From the NCBI RefSeq assembly GCF_963921235.1, contig NC_086108.1:34846001-34910000 (forward strand): a DNA stretch of 64,000 bases, read 5' to 3'. Of the stretch, positions 38,330 through 50,601 are shown piece after piece (positions within the stretch are counted from its first letter, which is position 1; the number at the start of each line of letters is the position of its first letter). The notes beneath the pieces were generated by a model that saw nothing but the letters and a program-made list of their open reading frames with translations, had not been told where the DNA came from and made no database searches. This DNA comes from Mobula hypostoma (taxonomy: Eukaryota). Made by a program: the position numbers and the translations under genes.

Positions 38330-39493
38330 AAAATCTATCAAGTCCATTCTCTAACCCAATCCTCATCTTCAATCTATCTCGCTCTCCTGGGTTTGTTCTT
38401 GTGTCTGGTGAGTTTTCAGAGAATCTCACACAAACTGCTCTGCTTTCTGATAATCATCAAAAAATCTTTTTTCTCCACCAGACAAAAAAATCTTCAAAGT
38501 TGCAGGATAATGCAGTGTAAATTGATAACCATGCTCTCATAGGGTATTTTTCACTGGATTAAATTTCTTCCTTCTCTTCAAAAGTTCGTAACTTATATCA
38601 GGATAGAAAAAAACTTTGTTCTCTCCAATTATCAATGGCCCTTTTCTATCTTTGGCAGCTCGAGTAGCTGCCTGTAGAATCCTTTCCTTGTCTTGAAATC
38701 TTAAGAATTTTATTAAAATTGATCGTGGATATTGGTCATCGTTTGGTTTTGGTCTTAAAGCTCTATGTGCCCGCTCAATTTCAATTGATCGAACCCCTCT
38801 TCCATTTGCAAAACATCCAGGATCCATCTTTGAAAAAATTCTATTGGTTTATCTCCCTCCATACCTTCTTTAAGACCAACAATTTTAATATTATTACGTC
38901 TACTAAAATTTTCCAACATGTCCACTTTCTCCAAGAGTCGGTTTCTTTCCGAATTCCAGACAAGCAAATCATTTTCTGTTTTTTCCACTCTGTCATTCAT
39001 ATGCCCCATTGCTCTTTCCATCTTCTTATCCATTTTGTCCTGTCTTGCCATAACTTTATCATAGCACATCTTCGTATCTCTAAGTTCTTCTCTTACTTTT
39101 CTTAATTCAGCCGTTAATTGCAATATAGCTTCTGGAAGTAAAGGAGATGATATCACTATCATCTCTTTTACTTCCAATCGCTTCCAGTTCTTCCTCCTCT
39201 TCTTCATCTATGTTCTCTGCGGAATCCGATTCTGACTCTGAGTCATTTTCAATTGCAGTGGTTGTCGGTTCTTGTAGTTTGTGTTGTGTCGGTTTGCGCA
39301 TGCGCTCTTCTTTGCGCTTGCGCATTACCGGCGTCTTCTTCGAAGAAACCGTTGCCACCGCCGTTGCTCCCTGTTCTACCGAAGGAGATCCAACCTGAGT
39401 CCAAGGCTCCATCGTTGCAGTAGGCCCTTTTTTCTTCCCATCTCGCGACTGCTTCGCAACAGCAGACTTCTTTTGTTGCGGTTTAGGAGGCAT
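38330..39493 (-). pseudogene. L1 ORF1, broken by frameshifts and a stop
   Basis: Pieces MPPKPQQKK..., LENFSRRNNIKIVGLKEG (coiled-coil/RRM junction), IERAHRAL...PRSILIKFLRFQDKE...FFYPDIS. The 3' boundary is approximate. Confidence 0.85.
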
Positions 39494-39652
39494 ATCGTAA
39501 AGTAGTCTTACAAAGTTTATAAATAGTTTTCAGAAAATATTTACTAACTTTGTTTTGTTTAAACGGTACTTTACGGACTTGTTGCGGGACAGCTGGATTT
39601 ACACGTCTCAATCCCATGTCATCACGTGACATCCCCCTAGAAGGGATTTTCT

Positions 39653-42600
39653 AAAATGGTTCTGGGGATGGGGAAGTTCATATACGATAGGCTGGAGAAG
39701 CTCATGTTGCTGTCTATGAAGCAGAGAAGGATGCAAGAAGATCTGGTAGACCGATTTAAGATCATGAAAGGTGTAGACTGAGGGAAATGGAGGGCAGGGA
39801 GCTGAGAGGAGCAGGTGACCAAGGAGAGGGTTAGAGAAACTGACTGAACAGGAGGCCGTGAGTGAGGAGAGAGTTCACATAGTGGTAAATGAAGGGGGGA
39901 ACTGAGAGAGAGAGGATGATAGGCAGCTGGGTGTGAGTTGCTGAAGGCCCTAGATATTTCCATGGACAGGAGTCTTATAGTTTCCTGATCACATAGTATC
40001 CATCACAACCTGAGGAACAAAAGTGTAGATTTTTCCTTTTTCCATGCAGTAATGAACTGAATACTTATAAACGTTGCCAATTTCCAATTGAACTATTATA
40101 GCTTCTCAATGCAATGCAAAATACACAGTGGCTAATCCCCCAGGGTGCTAGCCGGCACCTTACAAACCCATGACTTCTATCATCAAAATGAACAAATGGG
40201 ATACCACCACCTGCAGATTCCCTTCCAAGATTTACACCAACTCAACTTAAACACATATGTTCCAGTCCTGCAATGTCATTGAATCTAAATCCGTAAACTA
40301 TAAATCTAACAGTTCTGTAGGAGTTATTTTACCAGAAGGACTGCTACATTTCAAGATCAAGGCTCACCAACCCCTTCTCAAGAGCAGTAATAGATGCTGG
40401 CCTTATGGACAATCCAAAGTGAATTAAAAAACACTCAGCTTAGCAGTCTTCAGCATACTGATGAGACAACATAAATCATGCGGTTCATATTGATGAGATT
40501 TCTAATTTCTAGAGGGATATAGCCCTGCAATACTGCTGACTTTACCTTTGCTATGATTCAAGTAGATAGATTCTTACTTTGTAGTGATCCATGGCACGGC
40601 ATTGCAAATAGTCCCAATGGACCAAGGTTAATTTTGATTTATTTCACTTCTGCTCCTTTGTCTTCACAGCCAATCAACTTTATTAATTATGTGCAAAGGA
40701 CCTCTTGCACACTTCCAATATCTGTATACCTGAGAGGGTAGCACCCCACTGCAACATCGCATGCATTCCAAGATAAACGGAGAAACGTTGGGAAGACATT
40801 CAGAATCAGGTTTAATATCACTGACTTGCTGCACATTGTGAAATTTGTTGTTTTGTGGCAGCGGTGCGTTGTAATAGTGACATTGTATCGGAGTTTGCTG
40901 CCGATACCTACACAGATTGCAATAAGTTGTAATCTAGACATAAAAAGTATGCAAAGGGAATTAAACAAGTTAAGAGAGTGGGCAAAATTATGGTAGATAG
41001 AGGTTAAGTGTGAGGCTGTCTACTTTGGCAAGAAGAGTGGGTGTAAAAGGCTGTTGGTGAAGTAAAGTGAGACTGATTATGGCTGGAGGGCTGAAAGATC
41101 AGAGTGCCCTTGTTTAACACAGGTATTTCACATGTAGGTACAGTAAAGGGGAAAAACTTCAAAGGGCGAGAAGTACAAAAGTTGGAGAATACTTTGCTGG
41201 GACCACAGCTGGAGTATCACATGTGGTTTTAGTCTCTTTATTGTAGGAAGGGAATTCTTGCCGTGGATGCCATGCAGTGAAGGTATATTCCATTGGTGGA
41301 GGGGGGTACATTATGAACAAATGTTAAGCAGATCAGGCCCATAAGATCTGGAGTTCCAAACAGGACAAAGAGATCTGATTGAGATGTTTAAGGATTTGAG
41401 CAGTTTCACAAGGTAGATGATAGAAGGGTGTTGGATTAAACAATGGACCATGGTCCAGGATCAGGGATCAATCACTTAAGATGACAAAAACATTATTTCA
41501 GAGTGTCATGTACCATTGGAAGTCTGTACTCCTGAGTTGAGGAGACAAAGTCACAGAACTTATTAATGCCTGAGATGGACAGAGTTTTGGACTACAGGGA
41601 AATCAATTACGGTGTCAATGGTAGGAAAGTGGGAGGCCAGGTGTCAAATCAGCTCTAAATTACTGGAAGTCAAAGCAGATTCAGGGAACTATGGCCTATT
41701 CCTACTTATGTTTAGTTCATTTTTTCTATCACTGAGTCTCTCCAGAACTGTTGGTAGTTTTCATAAGAAAAATGAGAAAATGCGATATAAACCGGGGGTA
41801 TAATTCAAAAATGATACAAGAAAAATCTGGGGGTCAATGTGCATAGAATATGTAAAGCAGCAGGACAAGTTGAGAAACAAATTTTTTAGAGTATATAGAG
41901 TTCTGAGCTTGTGAAAAACTGTTTAAAATCATGGTGGTGGATAAAGTGAAGCTATTCCCATTATAGAAGTTAGGAGTTCATAGTGTGGTTAACAGGACGC
42001 TGGTGAAGGTGCACTTGAAGTATTGTCTTCAGCTTTAGTTGCTCTACTATAGGAAAGGTGTTATTAAACTGGAAAAGGTGCAGAAGAGATTTAGAAGGAT
42101 GCTGCCAGGACTTGAGGGACTGAGTTATAGAGAGAGCTTGGACAGGCAAGAACACTGTTCCTTGGACTTTGGGACTCTGAGAGGTGATCCTGTAGAGGTT
42201 TATAAAATCATGTGGGACTTAGCCAGCATGAGTGCACTTAGACCTTTTCCTGTGGTTAGAGAGTCAGAACAAGAGGGTATAGGTTTAAAGTGAGGTTTTA
42301 AATAACAATTTCTAGTACACAGTTGACAGGTACATGGAATGGAAAAGTTTTGAAAGTTTTGGGTCATGCCAAATGCTACCAAATGGGACTAGCCTAGATG
42401 GGCATCTTTGTCAGCACGGACCAGTTGGGCCGAATGGCCTGTTTTCCTGTTTTATGGTTCTATTGAAAAGACTGAGATTGAGGGGATTTAGAATGAAGGT
42501 GATTAGCAAAAGGTTAAAAAAAATGATGTGACAAAATATTTTCACTCAGTGGGGTGGAGAGTTTAGGGCTGGAATACACTGACATAGGCAGTGTCAGAGG

Positions 42601-43265
42601 CAGAAATTAACAAGGAATACCAATAAATATCTGAAAGGGAAGAAATTGCAGAGCAAGGAAGAGAGAGTGAATGAGTGGAAGTGGCTGCATTGCCCATACA
42701 GAGAAATATGCAGGTGGAATAGCCTCCTCTGTGGAACCAAGAGAAGGTCAGAGGCTGAAATTTCCTACAGAAAGGGCGACATCCCACGGCATTTCCACCA
42801 TCCACAGGGCACTAGTCAAAAGCAATGCTGTCCACATCTGCAGGTGAGCACAGCTCCAACATCCATGAACCATCAAGTACAAATGCTCCTGCATGTTGCA
42901 CCATCCTACGCAGGCACTCCCCCACCCACAGCACACAGTGGCTGCAAGTTGTACTGTCCACAAAACCCAGCACAGTTTCTCCATTAAACTTTCCAAGCAC
43001 GCGACATCTACCTTCAAGAAATACATGGGCAGCAGGTGAAGGGACTCCACAACCTGCACGTCGCCGTCTGATCCTGACCTGGAAGAGGATCAGCTTTTCC
43101 TTCATCCTCAGTGAGTCCAAATCCTGGAATGCTTTACCCAACAGGACCGATGGAGTGCCTTCACCAGAGGTACAGCAGTGGTTCAAAAGTGTCTCACCAC
43201 CAATTTCTAGGGTCATTAACGAAGGGCAATAAATACTACCCTTGCCTGTGATGGCCATATTCCAG
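39653..43265 (+). mobile_element. Cluster of old CR1-type fragments (about 39653-39965, 40880-41710, 41830-42700) and another LINE 3' end (about 42780-43265)
   Basis: For example ORF 42039-42293 YRKGVIKLEKVQKRFRRMLPGLEGLSYRESLDR; tails such as gggccgaatggcctgttttcctg. Unique sequence is interspersed. Confidence 0.7.
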
Positions 43266-45327
43266 AAACATTCTAAATGAAGACAAAGGTTGTGGACTGT
43301 GGGTGCATTGTTGGAATTTTACCCCAGAATCTGTTGTGACCTTCTCAATAAATGGTCGTAAATTTAAGGGCACTGTGTGAGGGAGTTTCCTTATCCATGC
43401 AAGACTCAGACCCAGGTATTCATCAGGAGACTCTTTATTTATGTGACATGGGGAGTTGTCCCTCCAGAGAGCAATGTCTCTGCTTAAGATCAGTACACAC
43501 GCTCCCTTTATGGGTAATTCTAACAGGAATGGTTTGTTCAACATTTCCATATTTGGTATTGATCTGAGCAAGCTAGAAGGTAAAACACTTAAATCACATC
43601 GCCTCGTGGTGTACAACTGTAGGCTAGAGGGCAACACCATTTAATCTTATGTCTACACGTGGATTTTCTGTTGATCCAGGCATTAAACAATACAGACACA
43701 AAGTCTAGTCTCAGAAAGGTATTTATCCAACCTGGCTAGCCAAAATCCTCCACAGTCTGAGAAGTGAGCATCCAGAGGTTAATGAAATGGCAGTCAGCAT
43801 TGGTAAATTAACGAAGTATTTTTTGCAGATCAAGTAGCGACTTTATTGTTTTTTGGCATTAACGTTAATCTGCCACTGGTGAGTGGATCAATATTTCAAT
43901 GCACTGTACCTTTTGAGAGGTCTAATTGTACTGAAGCCAGGATTATAGAATACACAGCAGTAGCCATAAGTAACATCAGCTTTCATTTACATTGAGACTT
44001 TAATTTTATAACACATCTCTCAGAGGTTTTAACAAATTTTTAAAAAGCATGCTTTCTGTCTTAGTTATATGTTCATTATTGGAAAACTGCGCTTTACTTT
44101 TAATCCTCTAAATGAAGTATTCTGTTTTCTGATCTTTCAGTTTCTATCTGAAAATACTTCTATTCTTCAGGGATACAAAACATAATATCACTGACGACTT
44201 CTCAATCATTATTAGTGCACTCTAAGAAGGATTGACGTGTTCATACCACAAACTATGTTACTGATAGAGGCACCAAGAAAGCTCTGATCAGTCTTTACAG
44301 TACTAGAAATTGAAGTGAGAAAATCTGAATGGTTTTAGAAATAATCTGACTGAATTATTTAAAGCTTTGAAAGAGCTCAGTAATATAATCCCTTTCTGGT
44401 GAATGGGCACAGAACAACATTGTGAAGCAGTTTTTAATCATGCTTTGGTTCTTGATACATTGCTTTAACCAGATTCCACAGTCTAGCAATGATACTGCCT
44501 TCAATAAAGGATGTTTTGCTGATAGTCCCACTCTCTGATTACCAATGCTGGCAAGGGCACAACAGTATCCCACAGACATTCAAATAGGATTGACACAGAG
44601 AGGCTATTTCCATGAGGAGCAGCATCTTAGGATTAGAGCTAGGCTGATTAGAAAAGAAGTAGAGATGTCACTCAAGCCGTAATAGACTTCCCCAGCAAAA
44701 GCTGAATGGTGGCTATGTTCAAGCTTTCAAGGTGGTCATTCGTAGCCTTTGACTGGGTAAGTGAGCTACAGACTAACCAAGACTGATACTTTGGTAGGGT
44801 CGTATAAGGACTGGTGAACTTCAGTTCCTGAGGAAGAATAGGGTGAAGTCTGAACTGAGTGTACGAGGGAAACTCACGCTGGATCACAGTTATTGGGCAC
44901 AATTATGAGAAGTAAGTATGTAAAATTCAAAATTCAGGGTTAGTTAATATCTGCAAACCTTGTAATCCCCGCATCTGTGATTGGACTCAGTCAGGGTGGC
45001 TCCTGTATAACTGTATTGGAGTTGGTTCCTGGTATGATGATCACTGGTGATGTTACATACCTTCTCACCACCATCATTTGCACACTGGGTGTATTTGTTG
45101 AACGACAATGAAGTGTGCAGGAAAACCGATCCTACTTAATCATCTTAAAATTCTGGATTGAGACCTCTGCTGGGGGACTTCCGGTAGCGCTCATGGAGTG
45201 AAGTCGCGTTCTTGACTCGCTCCATTACCTCTGAGTTTTTTTTCTTCTGATCAGCTATATTTTAAGTAACCATTAAGGCATCAACTTTTACAATACTTTG
45301 AATTAAGTTGGGCTCTTCGATAACTGG

Positions 45328-46115
45328 ATGCGTTTAAGATCTGCTATGTCTAAGAATGGGAAAAACGGGAAGGATGGCAAACCTCCGGTTAAACCGAAAG
45401 GTACCGATTTCCCTCCGACTGAACCACCAGTGACTTTGAAAGCTATATCGGAGCTAATTCGGGAGGAAATTTCAACTAGTTTCCAGAAAATTGCCGATTC
45501 AATTGAGAAGATACAAATATCTATTACGGAACATCGGTCGGCTATATCTGATCTTCAAAAATCCACGCAACAAAGTGAGCTCAAGATGGAGAAAATTGAA
45601 GAAACAATTAATGTAATGAAGAAGAAACTCGACTTTCTGACCTTTAAAAACTCTGACTTAGAATCTAGAATGCGACGGCAGAATCTTCGAATGATTGGGG
45701 TGCGTGAAGCTGTTGAATCCGATAACCCTATGAAGTATTTTTCTCAACTTTTAAAAGATGCATTTCCTACTGTATTTCCTGACCAACCACCATTATTGGA
45801 TCGTGTTCACAGAGTTCCATCATACTCGCCTAGGTCAGATAAACCTCGACATGTCATTTTACGTTTTCATTACTTTCAAGACAAGGAGAAACTGTTTCGA
45901 TTCGTTCGATCTAAGGGTTTCATTGATTTTCTGGATCTTAAATTCCGATTCGTGGAAGATTTCAGTAAACCAATCCGGGATCAACAGATTTAAGACCAGC
46001 GCTTCTTTACCCTGCACGTCTAAGGATTCGTACGCCGGATGGAGCCCTCCGTTTTTTTGACTCTCCATCGGATGCCCAGAGTTATTTGGATCAATTTTCA
46101 CCATCGACATTTTAA
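45328..46115 (+). pseudogene. L1 ORF1 with a frameshift (probable short deletion) near the C-terminus
   Basis: 221-aa ORF (DLESRMRRQNLRMIGVRE; LDRVHRV; PRHVILRFHYFQDKE; FVEDFS) stops at 45993, while the expected C-terminal domain FRPALLYPARLRIRTPDG... continues in another frame. Confidence 0.85.
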
Positions 46116-46824
46116 TTGTAATTTTTTAACTATTTCCGCTGATCGGAGGCTGTGTATTTGTTGGTCTTAATTTTTTTTTGCCTTATATGGGCAGAAAAGT
46201 TTATTTTTGATTACTTAATGTGGTTGCTAAACTTTCTTTTTAACTGCGTCATTTCTTTCTTTTTCCCAGGGGATTCTGGGTGGTTACTTCCTTATTGTCA
46301 TCTTACGTATTTCCTTTGTGGCCTTAAATTTTGTAGTTTTTTTAAAATCTATTTTGTTTTGTAGGTTTTTATAACTAGGTTAATAATCTTATTTCTTTTT
46401 TGTTGTTCTGTTTATTCATGGGTCTGATGTTTATTGCGTTTTTTTTTCATATATTTTCTGGCTTTTATTTTGGTATGTGTTTATTTTAATTGAGTTATCT
46501 TTTTTTATTCTTTTACTGTTTTATAATCAGCTGATCTTTTTTATATTTACACTTTTTTAGGGAGCGTATACCGGAAGTCATTGGGGTAGTTTTAGTGCTT
46601 GCTTCTTTCGGGCTGGTCTGCGTTAGACTTAGCTTTCGGGACATGGGGTGGGGGGTGGTGGGAGGGGCTTCACTTTTTAGTTTCTTTCTTCTTGGGCTAT
46701 ATACATTATTGAAGTATGGGTTGCGTTCTTCTTCCCGGTATCTCTTGTATGTTCTGTTCCCTTTCCGGGTTCGTGGGTCGAGCCTATCGTCAATCCTCCT
46801 TGTTGTGGGTTGACCTTAGGGTTT

Positions 46825-49800
46825 ATGGAGTCTATTATTAATTTTGTCTCCTGGAATACTAATGGTCTTAATCATCCTATTAAAAGGAAAAAAGTTTTTA
46901 AAGTGTTCCGGAGACTTAAAGCACAAATTTTATTTTTACAAGAGACCCATGTGCGGAGGGGGGACAGACTACGTTTTTTTAAATTCTGGAAGGGCCAACA
47001 GTTTCATTCGAACTCCAATGCTAAGATTCGAGGCGTCTCTATTTTTATAGACTCCTCGGTTACTTTTATACAACATGATATTATTTCTGATCCGAATGGT
47101 AGATTTCTATTGGTTAGTGGTTTACTATTTAATAAAAAAGTAGTTTTGGTTAAAGTTTATGCTCCTAATATGGATTGTCCGGAATTTTATAAATCATTAT
47201 TTAATCAGTTTCCGAATTTGAATGAGTTTTCATTGATCTGGGGCGGAGATCTTAATACCTGTTTGTCTCCAGCTTTGGACCGTTCGGCTCCTTTACGGAC
47301 CTTACCTAATAAATCTGCAACTTTGATTAACTCATTTCTTTCTGATTCTGGGTCGACGGACATTTGGTGCTTTTTGCATCCTCAGGAAAAAGATTTTTCT
47401 TTTTTTTCACATGTTCATCATTCCTATTCAAGAATTGATTATTCCTTTATTGATTCTCGTCTTATTCCCTTAGTGATTAAATGTGATTATGGTTCTATAA
47501 CCATTTCGGATCATGCTCCACTTAAGCTTTCTATTAAAATTCTGGCCAATATACAAAATAATAGACAATGGCGTTTTAATTCGCTGTTGCTTCAGGACTC
47601 GGACTTTGTTAACTTTATGAATGAACAGATTGATCTTTTTTTTACAATTAACTATACAGAGGATATTTCTGTTAACATTCTTTGGGATACTTTTAAAGCT
47701 TATATTCGTGGTCAGATTATCTCGTATTCTGCTGCTTTAAGGAAGAAGCAGAAGCAGCAGGAGTTGGTAATTGTGGACAAGATTAAGGAAATTGATAAGA
47801 AATATGTTATAGCTCCTTCTGAGGAGTTATATAAACAAAGAACTGAACTTCAAATGGAATACAGTTTATTACTCTCGTCCTCGATTGTAAACCAATTAAA
47901 GAAAACAAGAAGTGAATTTTATGTACACAGTGACAAAATTGGTAAACTGTTGGCTAATCAATTGAAGTCTAATTATGCTAAATCTCAAATTAATCAGATT
48001 TATAACCAAAATGATCGACTAATATTTGATCATGTGGGGATTAATCAAACCTTCTGTGATTTTTACTCTTCCTTATATCAATCAGAGTCTCCTCGAGATT
48101 CTAAATATATGAATGATTTTTTAGATAATTTAGATTTCCCTGAGATTTCACAGGATATGGCTTCTATGTTAGATACTCCTATTACCATGGATGAGATTAA
48201 GAATGTTATTTTCTCTATGAATTTAGGGAAAGCTCCTGGCCCTGATGGGTTTACTGTAGAATTTTATAAATGTTTTGCTCCTTCATTAATCCCTTGGCTT
48301 TGTAGGGTTTTTGAGGCTTCATCGAAACTTGGTAAACTTCCTGAATCTTTTAATAGAGCGTCAATTTCTTTAATATTAAAGAAGGATAAAGATCCTGCTC
48401 AATGTACATCTTATAGACCAATATCTTTATTAAATGTTGATTCTAAAGTTTTTTCTAAGTTATTAGCAAATAGATTAGAAAAAGTACTTCCCTCTATTAT
48501 TTCGGAAGACCAAATGGGTTTTATTAAAGGTCGTTACTCTTTTTATAATATTCGTACACTGTTAAATATCGTTTATACTCCCTCACAAAATGTTCCTGAG
48601 TGTGTTATCTCTTTAGATGCCGAGAAAGCTTTTGATAGAGTAGAATGGCCTTATTTATTTAAGGTGCTTGAAAGGTTTAATTTCAGTTTGAAATTTATAT
48701 CCTGGATTAAACTCTTATATTATTCTCCTGTGGCCTCGGTCCGTACTAACTCTTTAAGTTCACCTTTTTTCTCTCTTTTTCGAGGTACTCGACAAGGCTG
48801 TCCTCTTAGTCCCTTATTATTTGATATTGCATTAGAACCTCTTGCAATTGCCATTCGGGAATCTCCAAATATTACTGGGATAACTCGGGGCTTAAAGTCC
48901 CATAAATTATCACTCTATGCTGATGATTTACTTTTATATATTTCTAATCCTCAAAAATCCATCCCGGCTGTTTTAGAGTTATTAGCACAATTTGGTCTTT
49001 TTTCAGGTTATAAATTAAATCTTAGTAAGAGTGAACTCTTTCCGATTAATAAACAACTTCCCTTATATTATAAATTTCCATTTAAATTGATTAATAATTA
49101 TTTTTCATATCTTGGGATTAAAATTACTTGTAAATACAAAGATTTATTTAAGACTAACTTTTTACCATTAATAGACCATATTACTCAACTTTCATCTAAA
49201 TGGCTTCCTTTATATTTAACTTTGATTGGTCGTATTAATGCAGTTAAGATGTTTTTTTTGCCAAAATTTTTATATATATTTCAGGCGTTACCAATCTTTG
49301 TTCCAAAATCTTTTTTTGACAAAGTTGACTCTAAAATTTCTTCATTTATTTGGCAGAATAAAAAACCGAGACTGGGTAAAATACATTTACAGAAAGCTAA
49401 GAGAGGTGGAGGCTTAGCATTACCTAACTTTAGATTTTATTATTGGGCAATTAATATTCGACATATGAAATTCTGGTTACTGGACCAGGATATACTATCC
49501 ATTCCTAAATGGGTAGCATTGGAATTACAATCTGTTCAGGGTTTTACACTTGGCTCTATTTTAGGTTCCTCTCTTCCTTTTGATTGGAAACGCCTTAAAC
49601 AGGTGTCTAACCCGATAGTTAAATATACCTTGCGTATTTGGTTTCAATTCAGAAAATTTTTTGATCTTAATCAATTTGGGTTAGCGATTCCTATTTTAGG
49701 TAACATATTTTTTCCTCCCTCTTTTACGGATCGTGCTTTTCAAATTTGGAAGACTAAGGATATTTCACGGTTTTTGGATTTGTTTTTAGATGGTTCCCTT

Positions 49801-50601
49801 ATGTCTTTTGAACAATTATCTAATGAATATAATTTATCAAGAATACATTTTTTTAGATATTTACAAGTTAGAAATTTCCTAAGTACTATACTTTCTTCCT
49901 TTCCAATGCTCCCTCCTACATACATTTTAGATACTATAATCAACCTTAATCCATGTCAGAAAGGTGCATCGGCTATGATTTATAATATTATTATGAAACT
50001 TAGGAAAGCTCCATTTGATAAGATTAGGGTAGATTGGGAACAGGAATTGGGGTTTACCATTTCTGTGGATGACTGGGGGCAGATTTTACAATTAGTCAAT
50101 ACTTCCTCTATTTGTGCTAAACATTCCCTAATTCAATTTAAAGTTGTTCATAGAGCACATATGTCCAAAGATAAGTTAGCGCGCTTTTATTCTCATATTA
50201 ATCCTTTTTGTGATAGATGTCCGGGGCAGATAGCCTCTTTAACTCATATGTTTTGGTCTTGCCCTACTTTGGAAACTTTTTGGAGAGACATTTTTAATAT
50301 TATCTCCAAGGTATTGAATATAGATATCTCTCCTCACCCTAGTACTGCTATCTTTGGACTACCTAAAATTTCCAGTAATCTCTCCCCTTCAGCCCGTAGA
50401 ATGATTGCATTTCTTACTTTAATGGTGAAAAGATGTATCTTACAACATTGGAAAGAGCTTAATGCTCCAACCACCTTTTTTTGGTTTTCTCAGACGATGT
50501 TATGCTTGAACTTGGAGAAAATTAGAAGCAATCTTTATGACTCCTCATTTAAATTTGAACAGACTTGGAGATCTTTTATTCAATATTTTCATTTAATGTA
50601 A
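46825..50601 (+). CDS. L1 ORF2p (APE endonuclease, reverse transcriptase, CCHC knuckle), uninterrupted, 1258 aa from the ATG
   Basis: FVSWNTNGLN, LQETH, GGDLN, SRIDY, SDHAP; KAPGPDG, YRPISLLN, LDAEKAFD, RGTRQGCPLSP, LYADD, YLGI; CDRC...HMFWSC. No stop codons. Confidence 0.93.
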   Translation: MESIINFVSWNTNGLNHPIKRKKVFKVFRRLKAQILFLQETHVRRGDRLRFFKFWKGQQFHSNSNAKIRGVSIFIDSSVTFIQHDIISDPNGRFLLVSGLLFNKKVVLVKVYAPNMDCPEFYKSLFNQFPNLNEFSLIWGGDLNTCLSPALDRSAPLRTLPNKSATLINSFLSDSGSTDIWCFLHPQEKDFSFFSHVHHSYSRIDYSFIDSRLIPLVIKCDYGSITISDHAPLKLSIKILANIQNNRQWRFNSLLLQDSDFVNFMNEQIDLFFTINYTEDISVNILWDTFKAYIRGQIISYSAALRKKQKQQELVIVDKIKEIDKKYVIAPSEELYKQRTELQMEYSLLLSSSIVNQLKKTRSEFYVHSDKIGKLLANQLKSNYAKSQINQIYNQNDRLIFDHVGINQTFCDFYSSLYQSESPRDSKYMNDFLDNLDFPEISQDMASMLDTPITMDEIKNVIFSMNLGKAPGPDGFTVEFYKCFAPSLIPWLCRVFEASSKLGKLPESFNRASISLILKKDKDPAQCTSYRPISLLNVDSKVFSKLLANRLEKVLPSIISEDQMGFIKGRYSFYNIRTLLNIVYTPSQNVPECVISLDAEKAFDRVEWPYLFKVLERFNFSLKFISWIKLLYYSPVASVRTNSLSSPFFSLFRGTRQGCPLSPLLFDIALEPLAIAIRESPNITGITRGLKSHKLSLYADDLLLYISNPQKSIPAVLELLAQFGLFSGYKLNLSKSELFPINKQLPLYYKFPFKLINNYFSYLGIKITCKYKDLFKTNFLPLIDHITQLSSKWLPLYLTLIGRINAVKMFFLPKFLYIFQALPIFVPKSFFDKVDSKISSFIWQNKKPRLGKIHLQKAKRGGGLALPNFRFYYWAINIRHMKFWLLDQDILSIPKWVALELQSVQGFTLGSILGSSLPFDWKRLKQVSNPIVKYTLRIWFQFRKFFDLNQFGLAIPILGNIFFPPSFTDRAFQIWKTKDISRFLDLFLDGSLMSFEQLSNEYNLSRIHFFRYLQVRNFLSTILSSFPMLPPTYILDTIINLNPCQKGASAMIYNIIMKLRKAPFDKIRVDWEQELGFTISVDDWGQILQLVNTSSICAKHSLIQFKVVHRAHMSKDKLARFYSHINPFCDRCPGQIASLTHMFWSCPTLETFWRDIFNIISKVLNIDISPHPSTAIFGLPKISSNLSPSARRMIAFLTLMVKRCILQHWKELNAPTTFFWFSQTMLCLNLEKIRSNLYDSSFKFEQTWRSFIQYFHLM

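Larger units (their letters stand above)
33881..39637 (-). mobile_element. Full-length L1-clade LINE (5757 bp), inactivated by a few lesions
   Basis: 15-bp TSD TAGAAGG(A/G)ATTTTCT at 33866-33880 and 39638-39652; 5' GGGGGATGTCACGTGATG; ORF1, spacer and ORF2; AATAAA and short A tail near 33881-33902. Confidence 0.95.
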